This document shows, piece by piece, positions 31,512 through 41,699 of a DNA stretch of 51,443 nucleotides. The DNA is taken from the sequence record SRR22947725_3987, one strand, 5' to 3'. Both the position numbers and the translations under genes were made by a program. The first letter of the stretch is position 1, and every line of letters starts with the position of its first letter. A model generated the notes under the pieces. It was given only the letters and a program-made list of their open reading frames with translations. It ran no database searches and was not told the DNA's origin.

Positions 31512-32999
31512 TTATGCCAATAAAGGTTGGATCACGTCTCCATGGACATCGGTGAGGCGTCTGTCGATACCATTATGTCGAAATGTCATTTTTTCATGAT
31601 CGATCCCCAGCAAACGAAGTATGGTGGCGTGTAGGTCATAAACGGTTGTAGGATGATTTCGATCTGCAGGACGAAAGCCCCATTCGTCACTCTCTCCATG
31701 GGTAATTCCCCCATTAATGCCTCCGCCACATAACCAGTTTGTAAAGCAAAACGGATTGTGATCCCGACCCTTACCACCCTGTGCACAAGGCATGCGACCG
31801 AATTCGGTGGTCCAAAGGATCAATGTATCCTCAAGCATCCCCCGCTGCTTCAAATCCTCAATAAGTGCCGCTGTTCCACGGGCCATTCCCGTGGCTAAAG
31901 GCCCATGATCCCGGTGAATGTCTTCATGAGAATCCCAATTGCGGCGAGGAAAACCATTATCATTTCCAGACCAGATTTGAACAAAGCGGACACCACGCTC
32001 CAGAAGCCTTCGCGCAACCAGACACTTTCGCCCCCAGTAATCAGTCTCCTCAACATCATTGATCTCTTTGGGAAACGAGCTCTGCCCATGTTCCAAGCCA
32101 TACTTGCGGCGTATGTATTCGGGTTCTTTCGAAATATCCATCGATTCAGGAGCACTCAATTGCATGCGAGCAGCCAGTTCATAGGCGCGTATCCTTGCTT
32201 CCAATCGCTCATCCCCTTCTCGCTCTGATTGGTGCTGCAGGTTGGATGCTCTCAATAAATCGAGGCCCTCTTCTTCGCTCTCTGGAGTGATATAATCATT
32301 CTCGGCAGCAAAAAGGTCATTGATAGGGTTCGTTCGGTTTGGGAAGATAACCGTGCCTTGATGATGCGTGGGTAAGAAGGCCGCATCCCAGTTCTTCGGC
32401 CCGTTGGATGCATATCCCCGATGATCAGGCAAGACAACGAATGTGGGTAAATTTTCGTTTAAACTTCCCAGTCCATATGAAATCCATGCTCCCATCCCGG
32501 GAAATCCAGGTCTTTGGAATCCAGTGGATTGCAGATAGGTCGCCTGACTGTGTACCCCTGTCTTCCCTATCAGGTTATGGACAAAAGCCATGTCATCCAC
32601 ACATTTACCAAGCGGTGCCACGATCTCGCTGAGCCGTTTTCCCGATTGACCATGCGCGCGCCAGTCCCATGGTGAGGCAAAGGTATTTCCTGGTTGACTT
32701 TGAAATAACTCAACAGATTCTCCAGGATCCCAAGTTTGCCCGTTCTTTTTGATGAGCATCGGTTTATAGTCAAAAGTATCGACATGACTCGCTGCTCCTG
32801 CCATGAAAAGCTGGATCACGCGTTTCGCCTTGGGAAAATGCCGCATGAACGTTTCTTTGCCAGGGTTCACGGAGGGCGCTCCCAGCAGTCCTTGGCTTTT
32901 AAGCAAGCTGGCAAGAGCAATGCCCCCCAAACCACCTCCGGATTGCCAGAGAAATTCCCTCCTTGATGTTTGAAGACCTGTTTTCATAGGATGATACAA
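31512..32999 (-). CDS. DUF1501 domain protein with Tat signal
   Basis: SRREFL, AKRVIQLFMAG, SHVDTFDYKP, ARRLLERGVRFVQ, WDSH, EFGRMP, GRDH, DLHATIL. Confidence 0.92.
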   Translation of the reverse strand: MYHPMKTGLQTSRREFLWQSGGGLGGIALASLLKSQGLLGAPSVNPGKETFMRHFPKAKRVIQLFMAGAASHVDTFDYKPMLIKKNGQTWDPGESVELFQSQPGNTFASPWDWRAHGQSGKRLSEIVAPLGKCVDDMAFVHNLIGKTGVHSQATYLQSTGFQRPGFPGMGAWISYGLGSLNENLPTFVVLPDHRGYASNGPKNWDAAFLPTHHQGTVIFPNRTNPINDLFAAENDYITPESEEEGLDLLRASNLQHQSEREGDERLEARIRAYELAARMQLSAPESMDISKEPEYIRRKYGLEHGQSSFPKEINDVEETDYWGRKCLVARRLLERGVRFVQIWSGNDNGFPRRNWDSHEDIHRDHGPLATGMARGTAALIEDLKQRGMLEDTLILWTTEFGRMPCAQGGKGRDHNPFCFTNWLCGGGINGGITHGESDEWGFRPADRNHPTTVYDLHATILRLLGIDHEKMTFRHNGIDRRLTDVHGDVIQPLLA

Positions 33000-33071
33000 A
33001 CATACACAAAAACTCTATCTCTAACAATCCTAAGAAAATCAGAACATTTTCCTTTGGTTGCGTTTCAATGA

Positions 33072-34634
33072 ATGGTGATGTATTGGTTCACCATGAGCAG
33101 GAAGCCCCTATTAACTCACACACTTACCATAATATGCACATTGGCAGTGCACTTTCATGTTCTTGGAGATAATCATTCATCTCAGCCGGAAGACGCATCG
33201 GATATTCTCAATTGGGCACAACGTTTGAATACAGCCTTCATACAAGTAGCCGACAAAGTATCACCATCCGTCGTGGTCATCGAAGTGGCGCATCCGGTCG
33301 ACGAGCGAAATGCTCTGATGGATCTACAACACGAACCCTTTTTGGATCAGCTTCCAGAAGAGGAACGCCGAAAATTTGAGAAGTATTTCAATGATCAAAA
33401 AAAGCAACAGGAGAAGCAGGTTCCGGAAAAAAACGGTGAATCCGAGCAGGCTCCGAAGGATCGTTACGACGGAAAAGGCTCCGGAATGATCCTGAGCAAG
33501 AAAGGATTTGTACTGACAAACTATCATGTCATCGAAGGAGCAAGCCGAATCCGTGTTCGCCTTCAGAGCGGAAGGGTCTTCAGGGCCCTGGTCAAGGGGT
33601 ATGATTCTCAGTCTGATGTCGCGGTGATTGAACTTGTGGATGCCCCTGAGGCAATATTGCAGCCCATTGAGCTAGGCGATTCAGACAGCGTGAAAGTAGG
33701 GGAGTTTGCCATAGCGATTGGAGCTCCGTTCGAACTCGAATACAGTGTCACTTATGGGCACGTCAGCGCAAAAGGCAGATCTTCCGTGACACGACAATAC
33801 AATCTTGATCACGATTTCATCCAGACAGACGCCGACATTAACCCAGGTAATTCTGGAGGCCCACTCGTCAATATCCAGGGTGAGGCCGTAGGGGTCAACA
33901 CCATGATCCGCGGGCTGAACACAGGTATAGGCTTCGCCATCCCAATCAACATGGCAATGGAGATTGCTGAGCAGGTAATAGAAACAGGCACATTCAGACG
34001 CGCCTTGCTCGGCATCGGTATCGAGACGCTGACGGATAATTACGAACTGAATAATATTTTATCCGCAGTGTCCAAAGGTGTCATCGTATCTTCCATCAAT
34101 GCAGACAGTGCCGCAGGTGAATCAAATCTTAAGCCAGCAGACATCATTATTGCCGTAGGTGGAAAACCAGTGGCCTCTGCACAGCAGTTGAAAAATCAAG
34201 TACGCAGTAAGTCGATTGGCAAAGCCCTCATTCTGGATGTGGTGCGCAACAAAGAGCGCTTGCAGATCGAAGTCAAACCACGCGAGTGGAAGCGACCGCC
34301 GGTAACTGCCATCACAGCCAACGAGCCCAGAGAAACCCCAACGCGACCTGTTGGATTAAAATTGCGAAAAGCAGATGAAACAGGAGCCAAACAATTTGGA
34401 GTTCCTCTCAAGGAGGGATTGATGATCTGGGAGATCGAGAAGGGAAGCCTCGCTGATAATTGGCTCAGTCCGGGTGAAATCATCACTGATGTGAATTTTC
34501 AAGCCGTGAGGTCACCTTTCGATTTTGCAAAAATTTACCGAAATACGGACCTAAAGCAGAAGGGATTGGTCATTGTAGTTCACGATGCGAGAGGTAACAG
34601 GAGGTTGGTCATTCTCAAAGAGCGCGACCTGTAG
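33072..34634 (+). CDS. HtrA/DegP-family serine protease with PDZ domains
   Basis: GSG, LTNYHVI, DVAVI, IQTDADINPGNSGGPL; two PDZ-like domains. Confidence 0.95.
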   Translation: MVMYWFTMSRKPLLTHTLTIICTLAVHFHVLGDNHSSQPEDASDILNWAQRLNTAFIQVADKVSPSVVVIEVAHPVDERNALMDLQHEPFLDQLPEEERRKFEKYFNDQKKQQEKQVPEKNGESEQAPKDRYDGKGSGMILSKKGFVLTNYHVIEGASRIRVRLQSGRVFRALVKGYDSQSDVAVIELVDAPEAILQPIELGDSDSVKVGEFAIAIGAPFELEYSVTYGHVSAKGRSSVTRQYNLDHDFIQTDADINPGNSGGPLVNIQGEAVGVNTMIRGLNTGIGFAIPINMAMEIAEQVIETGTFRRALLGIGIETLTDNYELNNILSAVSKGVIVSSINADSAAGESNLKPADIIIAVGGKPVASAQQLKNQVRSKSIGKALILDVVRNKERLQIEVKPREWKRPPVTAITANEPRETPTRPVGLKLRKADETGAKQFGVPLKEGLMIWEIEKGSLADNWLSPGEIITDVNFQAVRSPFDFAKIYRNTDLKQKGLVIVVHDARGNRRLVILKERDL

Positions 34635-34819
34635 GTTAACCAAGTCGCAGATTCCTTGATCTGGGTCGCTCACTGCTCTTCAGGCGCCCTTCATCCATGG
34701 TAGAAAACCTCTCAGCATGGATCCAAAATCATTTCCATGATGAAACCCAGTAAGAATGATGAGTGAAAGTTTTCTTTTTTGTCGCCTAGGTGCTTTGATT
34801 GATAGTAGAATTTAGCCCC

Positions 34820-36205
34820 ATGAACCTCTTCACATTTGATGAGACACCGTTATTGAGTCATGCAAATGGCGTTTTCCCTAAAAAAGTGCAATCTCCGATT
34901 TATCGATGGTTGACATGGCTTTTACTGGCGGCTCCGCTAGGAATGATAGCTCAGGGTGACTCCACCATCGACACTGGAGATACCGCTTGGATTCTGGTGG
35001 CTACCGCACTGGTTTTGTTTATGAACATTCCTGGCCTTGCCTTGTTCTACGCAGGTTTGGTGAGAGGTAAAAATGTGCTTTCTGTTCTGATGCATTGTTT
35101 TGTGTTGACAGCTACGATGACGATCCTGTGGCTTGTATGCGGATATTCCCTTTCGTTTTCGACGAATGGCATGGCAGAGGGAACTACTAATTTTAATTCC
35201 TTCATAGGCTCTTTGGATCTGGCAATGCTCAAGGGAGTCGATGCTTCCACTACAGAGGGCAGCATTCCCAAGCTGCTTCATTTTGCTTTCCAGATGACAT
35301 TTTTCATCATTACTCCTGCCCTGATGGTGGGAGCATTTGTGGAACGTATGAAATTTTCGGCAGTCCTGTTGTTCACAACAATGTGGAACCTGATTGTTTA
35401 CACACCCATTTGTCACATGGTGTGGGGCGGCGCTGGAGGATGGTTCGCCGATATGGGCGTGCAGGATTTCGCCGGAGGTATTGTGGTGCATATCACCGCA
35501 GGGGTAGGCGCTCTGGTCGCCTGTATCATGCTGGGCCCCCGCACGGGTTTCCCCAAAAAACCCATGATGCCTCACAATCTGCCTATGACGGTCACCGGTG
35601 CTGCGATGCTGTGGGTTGGATGGTTCGGATTCAATGGTGGCAGCGCTCTGGGTGCAAATGGTGATGCTGCTTCCGCTTTGGTGGTGACTCAAATTTCTGC
35701 AGCAACGGCGACATTGGTCTGGATGTTTGTGGAATGGGCCAAGCACGGAAAACCCAGTATGCTGGGTGCGGCAACGGGTGCCATCGCAGGATTGGCTGCC
35801 ATCACACCCGCTTCAGGTTCGGTTGGTCCAATCGGAGCACTCGTCATAGGGGCTTTGTCAGGATTCATCTGCTGGTGGGCTTCAACCGTGTTGAAATTGA
35901 AACTGGGTTATGACGATTCACTGGATGTGTTCGGAGTGCATGGTGTGGGTGGTTTCATAGGGACGATCATGTTGGGAGTTTTTATGGCTCCCGCTTTCGG
36001 GGGTGTCGGAGGGGAAGGGTTTTCGATTGGTAAACAACTGGGAGTTCAATTATTCGCAGCCGCTCTAACCGCTGTCTACACAGCCGTCGCAACGTTCGTT
36101 ATTTTGAAATTGGTGAAAGCAGTTGTTGGTTTAAGGGTGGATGAGCAGGAGGAAAATACCGGGCTTGATACCACCTACCACGGGGAGGAAGCTTACAACG
36201 AATGA
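34820..36205 (+). CDS. amtB: Ammonium transporter
   Basis: GDTAWIL, PGLALFYAG, FQMTF, DFAGGIVVH, LWVGWFGFNGGS, YDDSLDVFGVHG. Confidence 0.96.
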   Translation: MNLFTFDETPLLSHANGVFPKKVQSPIYRWLTWLLLAAPLGMIAQGDSTIDTGDTAWILVATALVLFMNIPGLALFYAGLVRGKNVLSVLMHCFVLTATMTILWLVCGYSLSFSTNGMAEGTTNFNSFIGSLDLAMLKGVDASTTEGSIPKLLHFAFQMTFFIITPALMVGAFVERMKFSAVLLFTTMWNLIVYTPICHMVWGGAGGWFADMGVQDFAGGIVVHITAGVGALVACIMLGPRTGFPKKPMMPHNLPMTVTGAAMLWVGWFGFNGGSALGANGDAASALVVTQISAATATLVWMFVEWAKHGKPSMLGAATGAIAGLAAITPASGSVGPIGALVIGALSGFICWWASTVLKLKLGYDDSLDVFGVHGVGGFIGTIMLGVFMAPAFGGVGGEGFSIGKQLGVQLFAAALTAVYTAVATFVILKLVKAVVGLRVDEQEENTGLDTTYHGEEAYNE

Positions 36206-36234
36206 TTGACTTCAACTAGAACCACATAATCACT

Positions 36235-36573
36235 ATGAAAAAAGTAGAAGCCATCATCAAGCCCTTCAAGATCGAAGAGGTCCGAGAAGCTCTCTCTGAG
36301 GTAGGTGTCGTGGGTATGTCCGCTTCCGAAGTCAAGGGTCACGGCAAGCAAAAAGGTCACAAGGAAATTTATCGTGGTAGTGAATACAATGTAGACTTCC
36401 TGCCCAAAATCAAAATCGAAATGGTTTTGCCCGATGAAAAAGTCCACGACGTGATTGATGCAATCCGCAGATCTGCGAATACAGGTAAGATTGGCGATGG
36501 TAAAATATTTGTACAATCAATTGAGCAGGCTGTTCGGATTCGCACTGAGGAAACAGGCGACGATGCCCTTTAA
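36235..36573 (+). CDS. glnK: P-II nitrogen regulatory protein (GlnK/GlnB)
   Basis: [20 protein letters not shown] (T-loop Tyr51), [11 protein letters not shown]; adjacent to amt. Confidence 0.93.
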   Translation: MKKVEAIIKPFKIEEVREALSEVGVVGMSASEVKGHGKQKGHKEIYRGSEYNVDFLPKIKIEMVLPDEKVHDVIDAIRRSANTGKIGDGKIFVQSIEQAVRIRTEETGDDAL

Positions 36574-36636
36574 CTTGCTTTCCTGACAAGAGCCTTTGGC
36601 GCGATCTCGGCCAAAAGCCCTCAAACTGAGGAACGT

Positions 36637-38742
36637 TTACTCGATTCCAATGGATTTAAGGAATGGGGCAAGTGAACGTTCTCGTCCGAGGAATTCGAGA
36701 ATTAAATCATTGGCGTTTCTCGAACCTCCAGAAGCATAAATGCTTTCTCTTAGTCGTTTCGCCGCTTCTTTGTCGTCGTATTTCAGTTTGGATCCCTCAA
36801 AAACGGTTGCCATGTCAGCGGCGATTGCATCGGCCCAGGCGTAGCCATAGTAGCCTGCGTCGTAACCGGTCAAATGACCAAAATAGGTTGCGAAGGTAGT
36901 GTCTTCGGGCACAGGCAGAAAAACATCACTCAAGATTTGATTCGATGTTTGAATGACATCCAGGGAGCCGTCCACCTTGGATTGGGAATGCAATTCAAGA
37001 TCCAGGATTCCAAAGCTTAATTGGCGACGGTAGAAAGTGCCGATGGTGGCCAATCTGGCTGCTTTGAGTTGATCGAGAATTGCGGATGGAATTTTCTTGG
37101 AAGAATCTCTGTAATCGGCTGCGAAACCATCAAGCTGCTTCTTGTCCCACACCCAATTTTCGAGCATCTGAGAGGGGGCTTCAACGAAATCGCGAGGCAC
37201 GCTCGTTCCAGAAAAGCGGGAATGCTTGGCTCGCGTCAGGATGGAATGTAAGGCGTGTCCGAATTCGTGGAAGAGTGTTTCCACTTCATTATGGGATAAT
37301 AATGAGGGCGCATCCTCAGTCGGTGAAGGAAAGTTACAGATCAGCGCCACGCAGGGTCGCTGGTAAAGCCCGTCTCCAAACTCCTTGCCCGCAATCAATC
37401 CGAATTGAGCAAAGTGATTGAATTTTCCATCTCGCGGGAACATATCCAGATAGAACATGCCCATGGGTTCACCTGTCTCAGCATCCACCACTCCATAAAG
37501 TTCAAGGTCGTCAACCCACTTGTAGGGTGGCTCCATCTTGTCAAATTGCAGACCAAACATATTTTCGTAAATACGAAACATGCCCTGCAAGGATTGTTCA
37601 TAAGGAAAATAGACACGGAGTTGCTCTGCATCGACATTGTATTCCTTTTTCTTGAGCTGATTGCTGAAATACCGCCAGTCCCAGAGATGTATCCTGGCAT
37701 TCGAGTCACCGGTTTCCTGAACTTTCAATGCCCGGTAAGTTTCCAGTTCCGCATCGAATTTTGACTGGAGTCCCTCTTTGAGTTCTTTCAAAAAGTTCAA
37801 TGCAGTGTCACCGTCACCTGCCATTTTGACTTCGGTCTGATAATCAGCCCAGGTAGCGTAACCCAGTAAGTGTGCGATACGTGTTCGTAAATCCAAAATG
37901 GATTGAAGCAATGCCGCGTTCTTCTCACCGGCCAGCGAATAGCGGGCCTCTTTCATCCGGCGTCGTGTTGCTTCTGACTGCGCATTTTCCATCACATTGA
38001 TAAAATGCCAGGTCACGTTTGCTTTCACCGAGTAGGTATCATTCCCAGTCTTTACTCCATCTCCTTCCAGAAAGGAATTGGGAACCCCTTTCAAATCATC
38101 ACCCGTAAATTCAAGCGTTGCCTGAGCTTGAGTGATGTTGGAATCAAAATCAGTGCTCAATGCTGATAGTTCCTTGCGGAGCTTTTCCACCTCGGTGCGC
38201 TCTTTTTCATCAAGCGAAAGCCCTGCGCGCTTGTAGTCACGCAATGTTTCCTCAAAAAGCTTCTTGTCCTCACCCGTCAGGTCAGCCTGTAGATCTGCGT
38301 AAGCCTTGACGGATCGATAAACATCCTCACGATAATCCAATCCCACTGCCCAGTCTTGATAACGCTTGATTAGTTGAGTTGCTTTTTCCCGAATCGCCGG
38401 GTCCTGACTGGTCTCTTTCATTAGATAGACCCGGCTGGCTGTCAGGTCTGCCTCATAGCTTAAATCATCAAGAGCTCGAATAGTATTTTGAAAATTAACA
38501 TCAGAGGCGCTTAATGACGCCACCTTGTCCAAAGCTGTATTGGCATGTGCAATGGTCATTTCCATGTTCTGCTCCATGACCTCCGGATCGGTTTCAAAGT
38601 CGGGCAGTGCCAGCATGGAGTTGAACGGCTTCGCTGCCTGATTCAGAGTTTGAACTGTTGTCAATGAGTTGGGTGTGTTTTCAGGAGTCGTCTGGCAAGC
38701 AGTCATGATTGATAGTGTAAGGATGTAAATACCGTTTCGCAT
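36637..38742 (-). CDS. M3A family metallopeptidase (thimet oligopeptidase-like), probable lipoprotein
   Basis: TLFHEFGHALH zinc motif, DFVEAPSQMLENW, GYDAGYYGY; N-terminal MTAC lipobox-like sequence. Confidence 0.93.
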   Translation of the reverse strand: MRNGIYILTLSIMTACQTTPENTPNSLTTVQTLNQAAKPFNSMLALPDFETDPEVMEQNMEMTIAHANTALDKVASLSASDVNFQNTIRALDDLSYEADLTASRVYLMKETSQDPAIREKATQLIKRYQDWAVGLDYREDVYRSVKAYADLQADLTGEDKKLFEETLRDYKRAGLSLDEKERTEVEKLRKELSALSTDFDSNITQAQATLEFTGDDLKGVPNSFLEGDGVKTGNDTYSVKANVTWHFINVMENAQSEATRRRMKEARYSLAGEKNAALLQSILDLRTRIAHLLGYATWADYQTEVKMAGDGDTALNFLKELKEGLQSKFDAELETYRALKVQETGDSNARIHLWDWRYFSNQLKKKEYNVDAEQLRVYFPYEQSLQGMFRIYENMFGLQFDKMEPPYKWVDDLELYGVVDAETGEPMGMFYLDMFPRDGKFNHFAQFGLIAGKEFGDGLYQRPCVALICNFPSPTEDAPSLLSHNEVETLFHEFGHALHSILTRAKHSRFSGTSVPRDFVEAPSQMLENWVWDKKQLDGFAADYRDSSKKIPSAILDQLKAARLATIGTFYRRQLSFGILDLELHSQSKVDGSLDVIQTSNQILSDVFLPVPEDTTFATYFGHLTGYDAGYYGYAWADAIAADMATVFEGSKLKYDDKEAAKRLRESIYASGGSRNANDLILEFLGRERSLAPFLKSIGIE

Positions 38743-38818
38743 CGCGTTAAAGAACGTACCCTCCCTGGGCTGGTGGAATCAAGCTGGGATTTGCTGCAAT
38801 GGAGTCATCGAGGCCGAT

Positions 38819-39862
38819 TCAGGGGCAATCGCCGAAGGAATCAGTCTGCCATTGATGCAAATGTTCATTGTCGTCGATCCAAAGCATGCGCACTTGAATC
38901 AATGGATCATGTTGATCAATCCAGCCGGGGGATCTCTCGGGCCCCAGAACAGAAAGAGTGGTGGCAAGAGAATCCGCCTCCATTCCAGTTGGTGCGATGA
39001 CGCTTACCAATACTCGTTGGGTAAGGCCAAGCCCCGTTTTCGGATGAAGAATATGTGAGTATCGCTTGCCCTCAATGTCCACAAACTGAAATAGATCGCC
39101 AGATGTCGCAATCGCTCGATTGTTAAGCTCAATAATCCCTGCCTCATGGATCTCACTTTTAAAATCTGCTAACCGAACCTGCCATCCAGAGGCATTCGGA
39201 GGAGCATCCAGGACCGCCATGTCTCCGCCCCCAGAAATCAAGGCGCTCGATATTCCCATGGGCCCTAAAACCTTTAGACCTTCATCGAGCGCAAATCCTT
39301 TGGCAATTCCACCCGGGTCCAAACGCATACCCGGAACAGTCAAACAAACACTCAGGTCCTCAGGAGATAAAATCAAATGATGCCACCCCGTGCGACGCAT
39401 CATGGAATTGAGCACTTGCGTGGAGGGTAATTGCTTTTGACGACGAACTTTCCGCCAGAGTGCCGTAGCTGGCCCCAGAGTAAAGTCAAAGGCTCCTTGA
39501 GATGAAACAGAAAGGCGCTGTGCATGCGTGATAACCGTCCAGAGTTCATCACTGACATGAGTCCAAATCCCCTGCCCCGCCTCGTAACCCAGGCGGCTCA
39601 GTTCACTGTCGGTCTCGTAGTTGCTTAGAATGTTGTTAAGGAAGGAAATCCGGCCCCAGACTTTACCCGCTGCATCAGAAGCATGAGGAGCACCCCGATC
39701 CGTGTAGATTACGAGGCGGAACGGGACGCCCATTTGGGGGCTTTCGAATTGATACCTTTTTTGAGCAGAAACAGGTTTTTCTGAATGGATCAGTGAATCG
39801 AACCCAAAGAAGAGCAAGAGGGCTAATGCGAAATGGATTTGCAACCGTTCATGTTTCTTCAC
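38819..39862 (-). CDS. apbE: FAD:protein FMN transferase
   Basis: MG...SELSRL, GAFDFTLGP, LDPGGIAKGFALD, IATSGD, RYSHILHP, ADSLAT. Confidence 0.93.
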   Translation of the reverse strand: MKKHERLQIHFALALLLFFGFDSLIHSEKPVSAQKRYQFESPQMGVPFRLVIYTDRGAPHASDAAGKVWGRISFLNNILSNYETDSELSRLGYEAGQGIWTHVSDELWTVITHAQRLSVSSQGAFDFTLGPATALWRKVRRQKQLPSTQVLNSMMRRTGWHHLILSPEDLSVCLTVPGMRLDPGGIAKGFALDEGLKVLGPMGISSALISGGGDMAVLDAPPNASGWQVRLADFKSEIHEAGIIELNNRAIATSGDLFQFVDIEGKRYSHILHPKTGLGLTQRVLVSVIAPTGMEADSLATTLSVLGPERSPGWIDQHDPLIQVRMLWIDDNEHLHQWQTDSFGDCP

Positions 39863-39926
39863 TGGTTCAATCTAACTCGAAGACTAAAGACAATCTAGTC
39901 CATAAAATACCATTCACTCATTCGAA

Positions 39927-40316
39927 TCAGCCTAACTGTTTCAAAAGAACTTGAGAACGTTTCCCATTGCAGCGCTCCAAATCTTTGGGTTTTTTACTGA
40001 AAAAATGTGCTACTTCCGCCGCGAAATGACTGTAGGATTTGAATCCGGTGATGGAGGCCACTTCACGCTTATGCATTCCACGATCGAAAAGCTCCCTGGC
40101 ATACACCATGCGCTGTTCACGTAACCAGGATTTGGGGGGCATGTTAAGAATGTTATGGAAGGAGCGCTCCATCTGACGTTCACTGACATCGAGCAAGCTG
40201 GCCAGATCGCTTGATTTGAACTCACACAAGCGGGCAAGTTTCGAAACATCCAACTGAGCATCTGTTTCTGCAACACAGAAAAGTTTACTGCCTTTCTTGA
40301 CGAGTTTTCCTAGCAT
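39927..40316 (-). CDS. Stand-alone AraC-family HTH regulator
   Basis: LASLLDVSERQMERSF, PKSWL..QRM..A, VASITGFKSYSHF; no sensor domain. Confidence 0.85.
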   Translation of the reverse strand: MLGKLVKKGSKLFCVAETDAQLDVSKLARLCEFKSSDLASLLDVSERQMERSFHNILNMPPKSWLREQRMVYARELFDRGMHKREVASITGFKSYSHFAAEVAHFFSKKPKDLERCNGKRSQVLLKQLG

Positions 40317-40695
40317 GATTTTCCTTTGTTCTTAAAAAGCGACAAGCCTTTCATCGCGGTATTCCCGATAACAAAATGTGGGTCAAATTAGACCTCACCA
40401 TATTTGTCGCGAATTAGCAACAGTATATCCGTCCCTCAACCGAATTTTAACCAGCAACCCCGTGCAGACAATTGGAGGTTAGCTTGATAATGGGATCTCG
40501 ACTTCATAAGACCAAAATCAGAATAAACCGGAAGACAAGAATGCAGAATAAATGCCTGCGTGCATTGCATTCCATATTGTCCGCAATGCGCATAACTCAG
40601 GTGACTTGCATAATGTAGCTTTGGTCTGCCCCAATTGTTGTCGAAAAAGATTCACCTTTTCCTTCATCTGCCTGTAAGGTGGGTTCATATCCTTT

Positions 40696-41664
40696 ATGAA
40701 AAAAATTTCAGAACAACCTCTAAAGTTCAGTCGCAGGAAAATGCTTGCATCAGCTAGTGTGGCTGCCGGAAGCGTTGCTGTTGGATACCAATCAACAAAA
40801 GCAGACTCACCGCAAAGCGCGCAAGGCAGAGCATTCAGATACTGCCTCAATACCAGCACAATCCGAGGACAGAAGCTTGGGATTGTTGAAGAAGTGGATA
40901 CTGCAGGCCAGGCAGGGTATGACGCAATGGAGCCATGGTTCGATGGACTGAACAGCTACGCGGATGCTGGCGGCTCACTTAAGGATCTGGGAAAGAAAAT
41001 TGCAGATTATGGCATGACCATTGAAAGCGCCATCGGCTTCGCTCCTTGGATTGTCAATGACGATCAAAAGCGCAATGCGGGTCTAGAGCAGGCCAAACGG
41101 GAAATGGACCGCCTCGCTCAAATCGGAGGCATCCGAATGGCAGCCCCTCCAGCAGGCACCGCTCGTGAAGAAAAAATTGAACTCGCGGCCATGGCTGAGC
41201 GATATGCCAAACTACTTGAAATTGGTGAATCCATTGGCGTCATCCCCCAGATAGAAATGTGGGGGGGGCATCCGGTTATTGGACGTATCAGTACAGCCGT
41301 TTCCATAGCCATCGAATGCGGACACCCGAAAGCCTGTTTCCTGGGGGATGTCTACCACACTTACAAGGGTGGATGTGCTTTTGAGGGGCTGAATCTGCTT
41401 GGCCCACAAGCATTGCAGGTTTTCCACTTCAACGATTACCCAGCTGATCCACCCCTCGAAACCATTAATGATTCTCACAGGGTTTACCCTGGAGATGGTA
41501 TCGCACCCATTGCTGAAATCATGCAAGGTTGGCTAAAAATTGGTGCGACTCCTGTGCTGTCATTAGAAGTCTTCAACAGGGACTACTGGAAACAGGACGC
41601 CAAGCAGGTAGCCAGAACAGGTCTCGAAAAAATGAAAAGTGCGGTAAAAAAAGCACTGGGTTAA
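40696..41664 (+). CDS. Tat-exported sugar-phosphate isomerase/epimerase-like TIM barrel (AP endonuclease 2 family)
   Basis: SRRKML Tat motif; LNTSTI, IEMWG, DVYH, HFND, PGDG, LSLEVFN metal-binding pattern. Confidence 0.88.
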   Translation: MKKISEQPLKFSRRKMLASASVAAGSVAVGYQSTKADSPQSAQGRAFRYCLNTSTIRGQKLGIVEEVDTAGQAGYDAMEPWFDGLNSYADAGGSLKDLGKKIADYGMTIESAIGFAPWIVNDDQKRNAGLEQAKREMDRLAQIGGIRMAAPPAGTAREEKIELAAMAERYAKLLEIGESIGVIPQIEMWGGHPVIGRISTAVSIAIECGHPKACFLGDVYHTYKGGCAFEGLNLLGPQALQVFHFNDYPADPPLETINDSHRVYPGDGIAPIAEIMQGWLKIGATPVLSLEVFNRDYWKQDAKQVARTGLEKMKSAVKKALG

Positions 41665-41699
41665 TCGTGATCAATACCTCCCGCTTCGGCCCAGGAAAC

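Noticed and set aside
34937-35746. 269-aa His/Gln-rich minus-strand ORF
   Set aside because: Antisense shadow of amtB, typical of hydrophobic membrane-protein genes.
41529-41699. N-terminal extension of the 722-aa ORF
   Set aside because: Overlaps the upstream isomerase gene; ATG 41700 gives a clean signal peptide.
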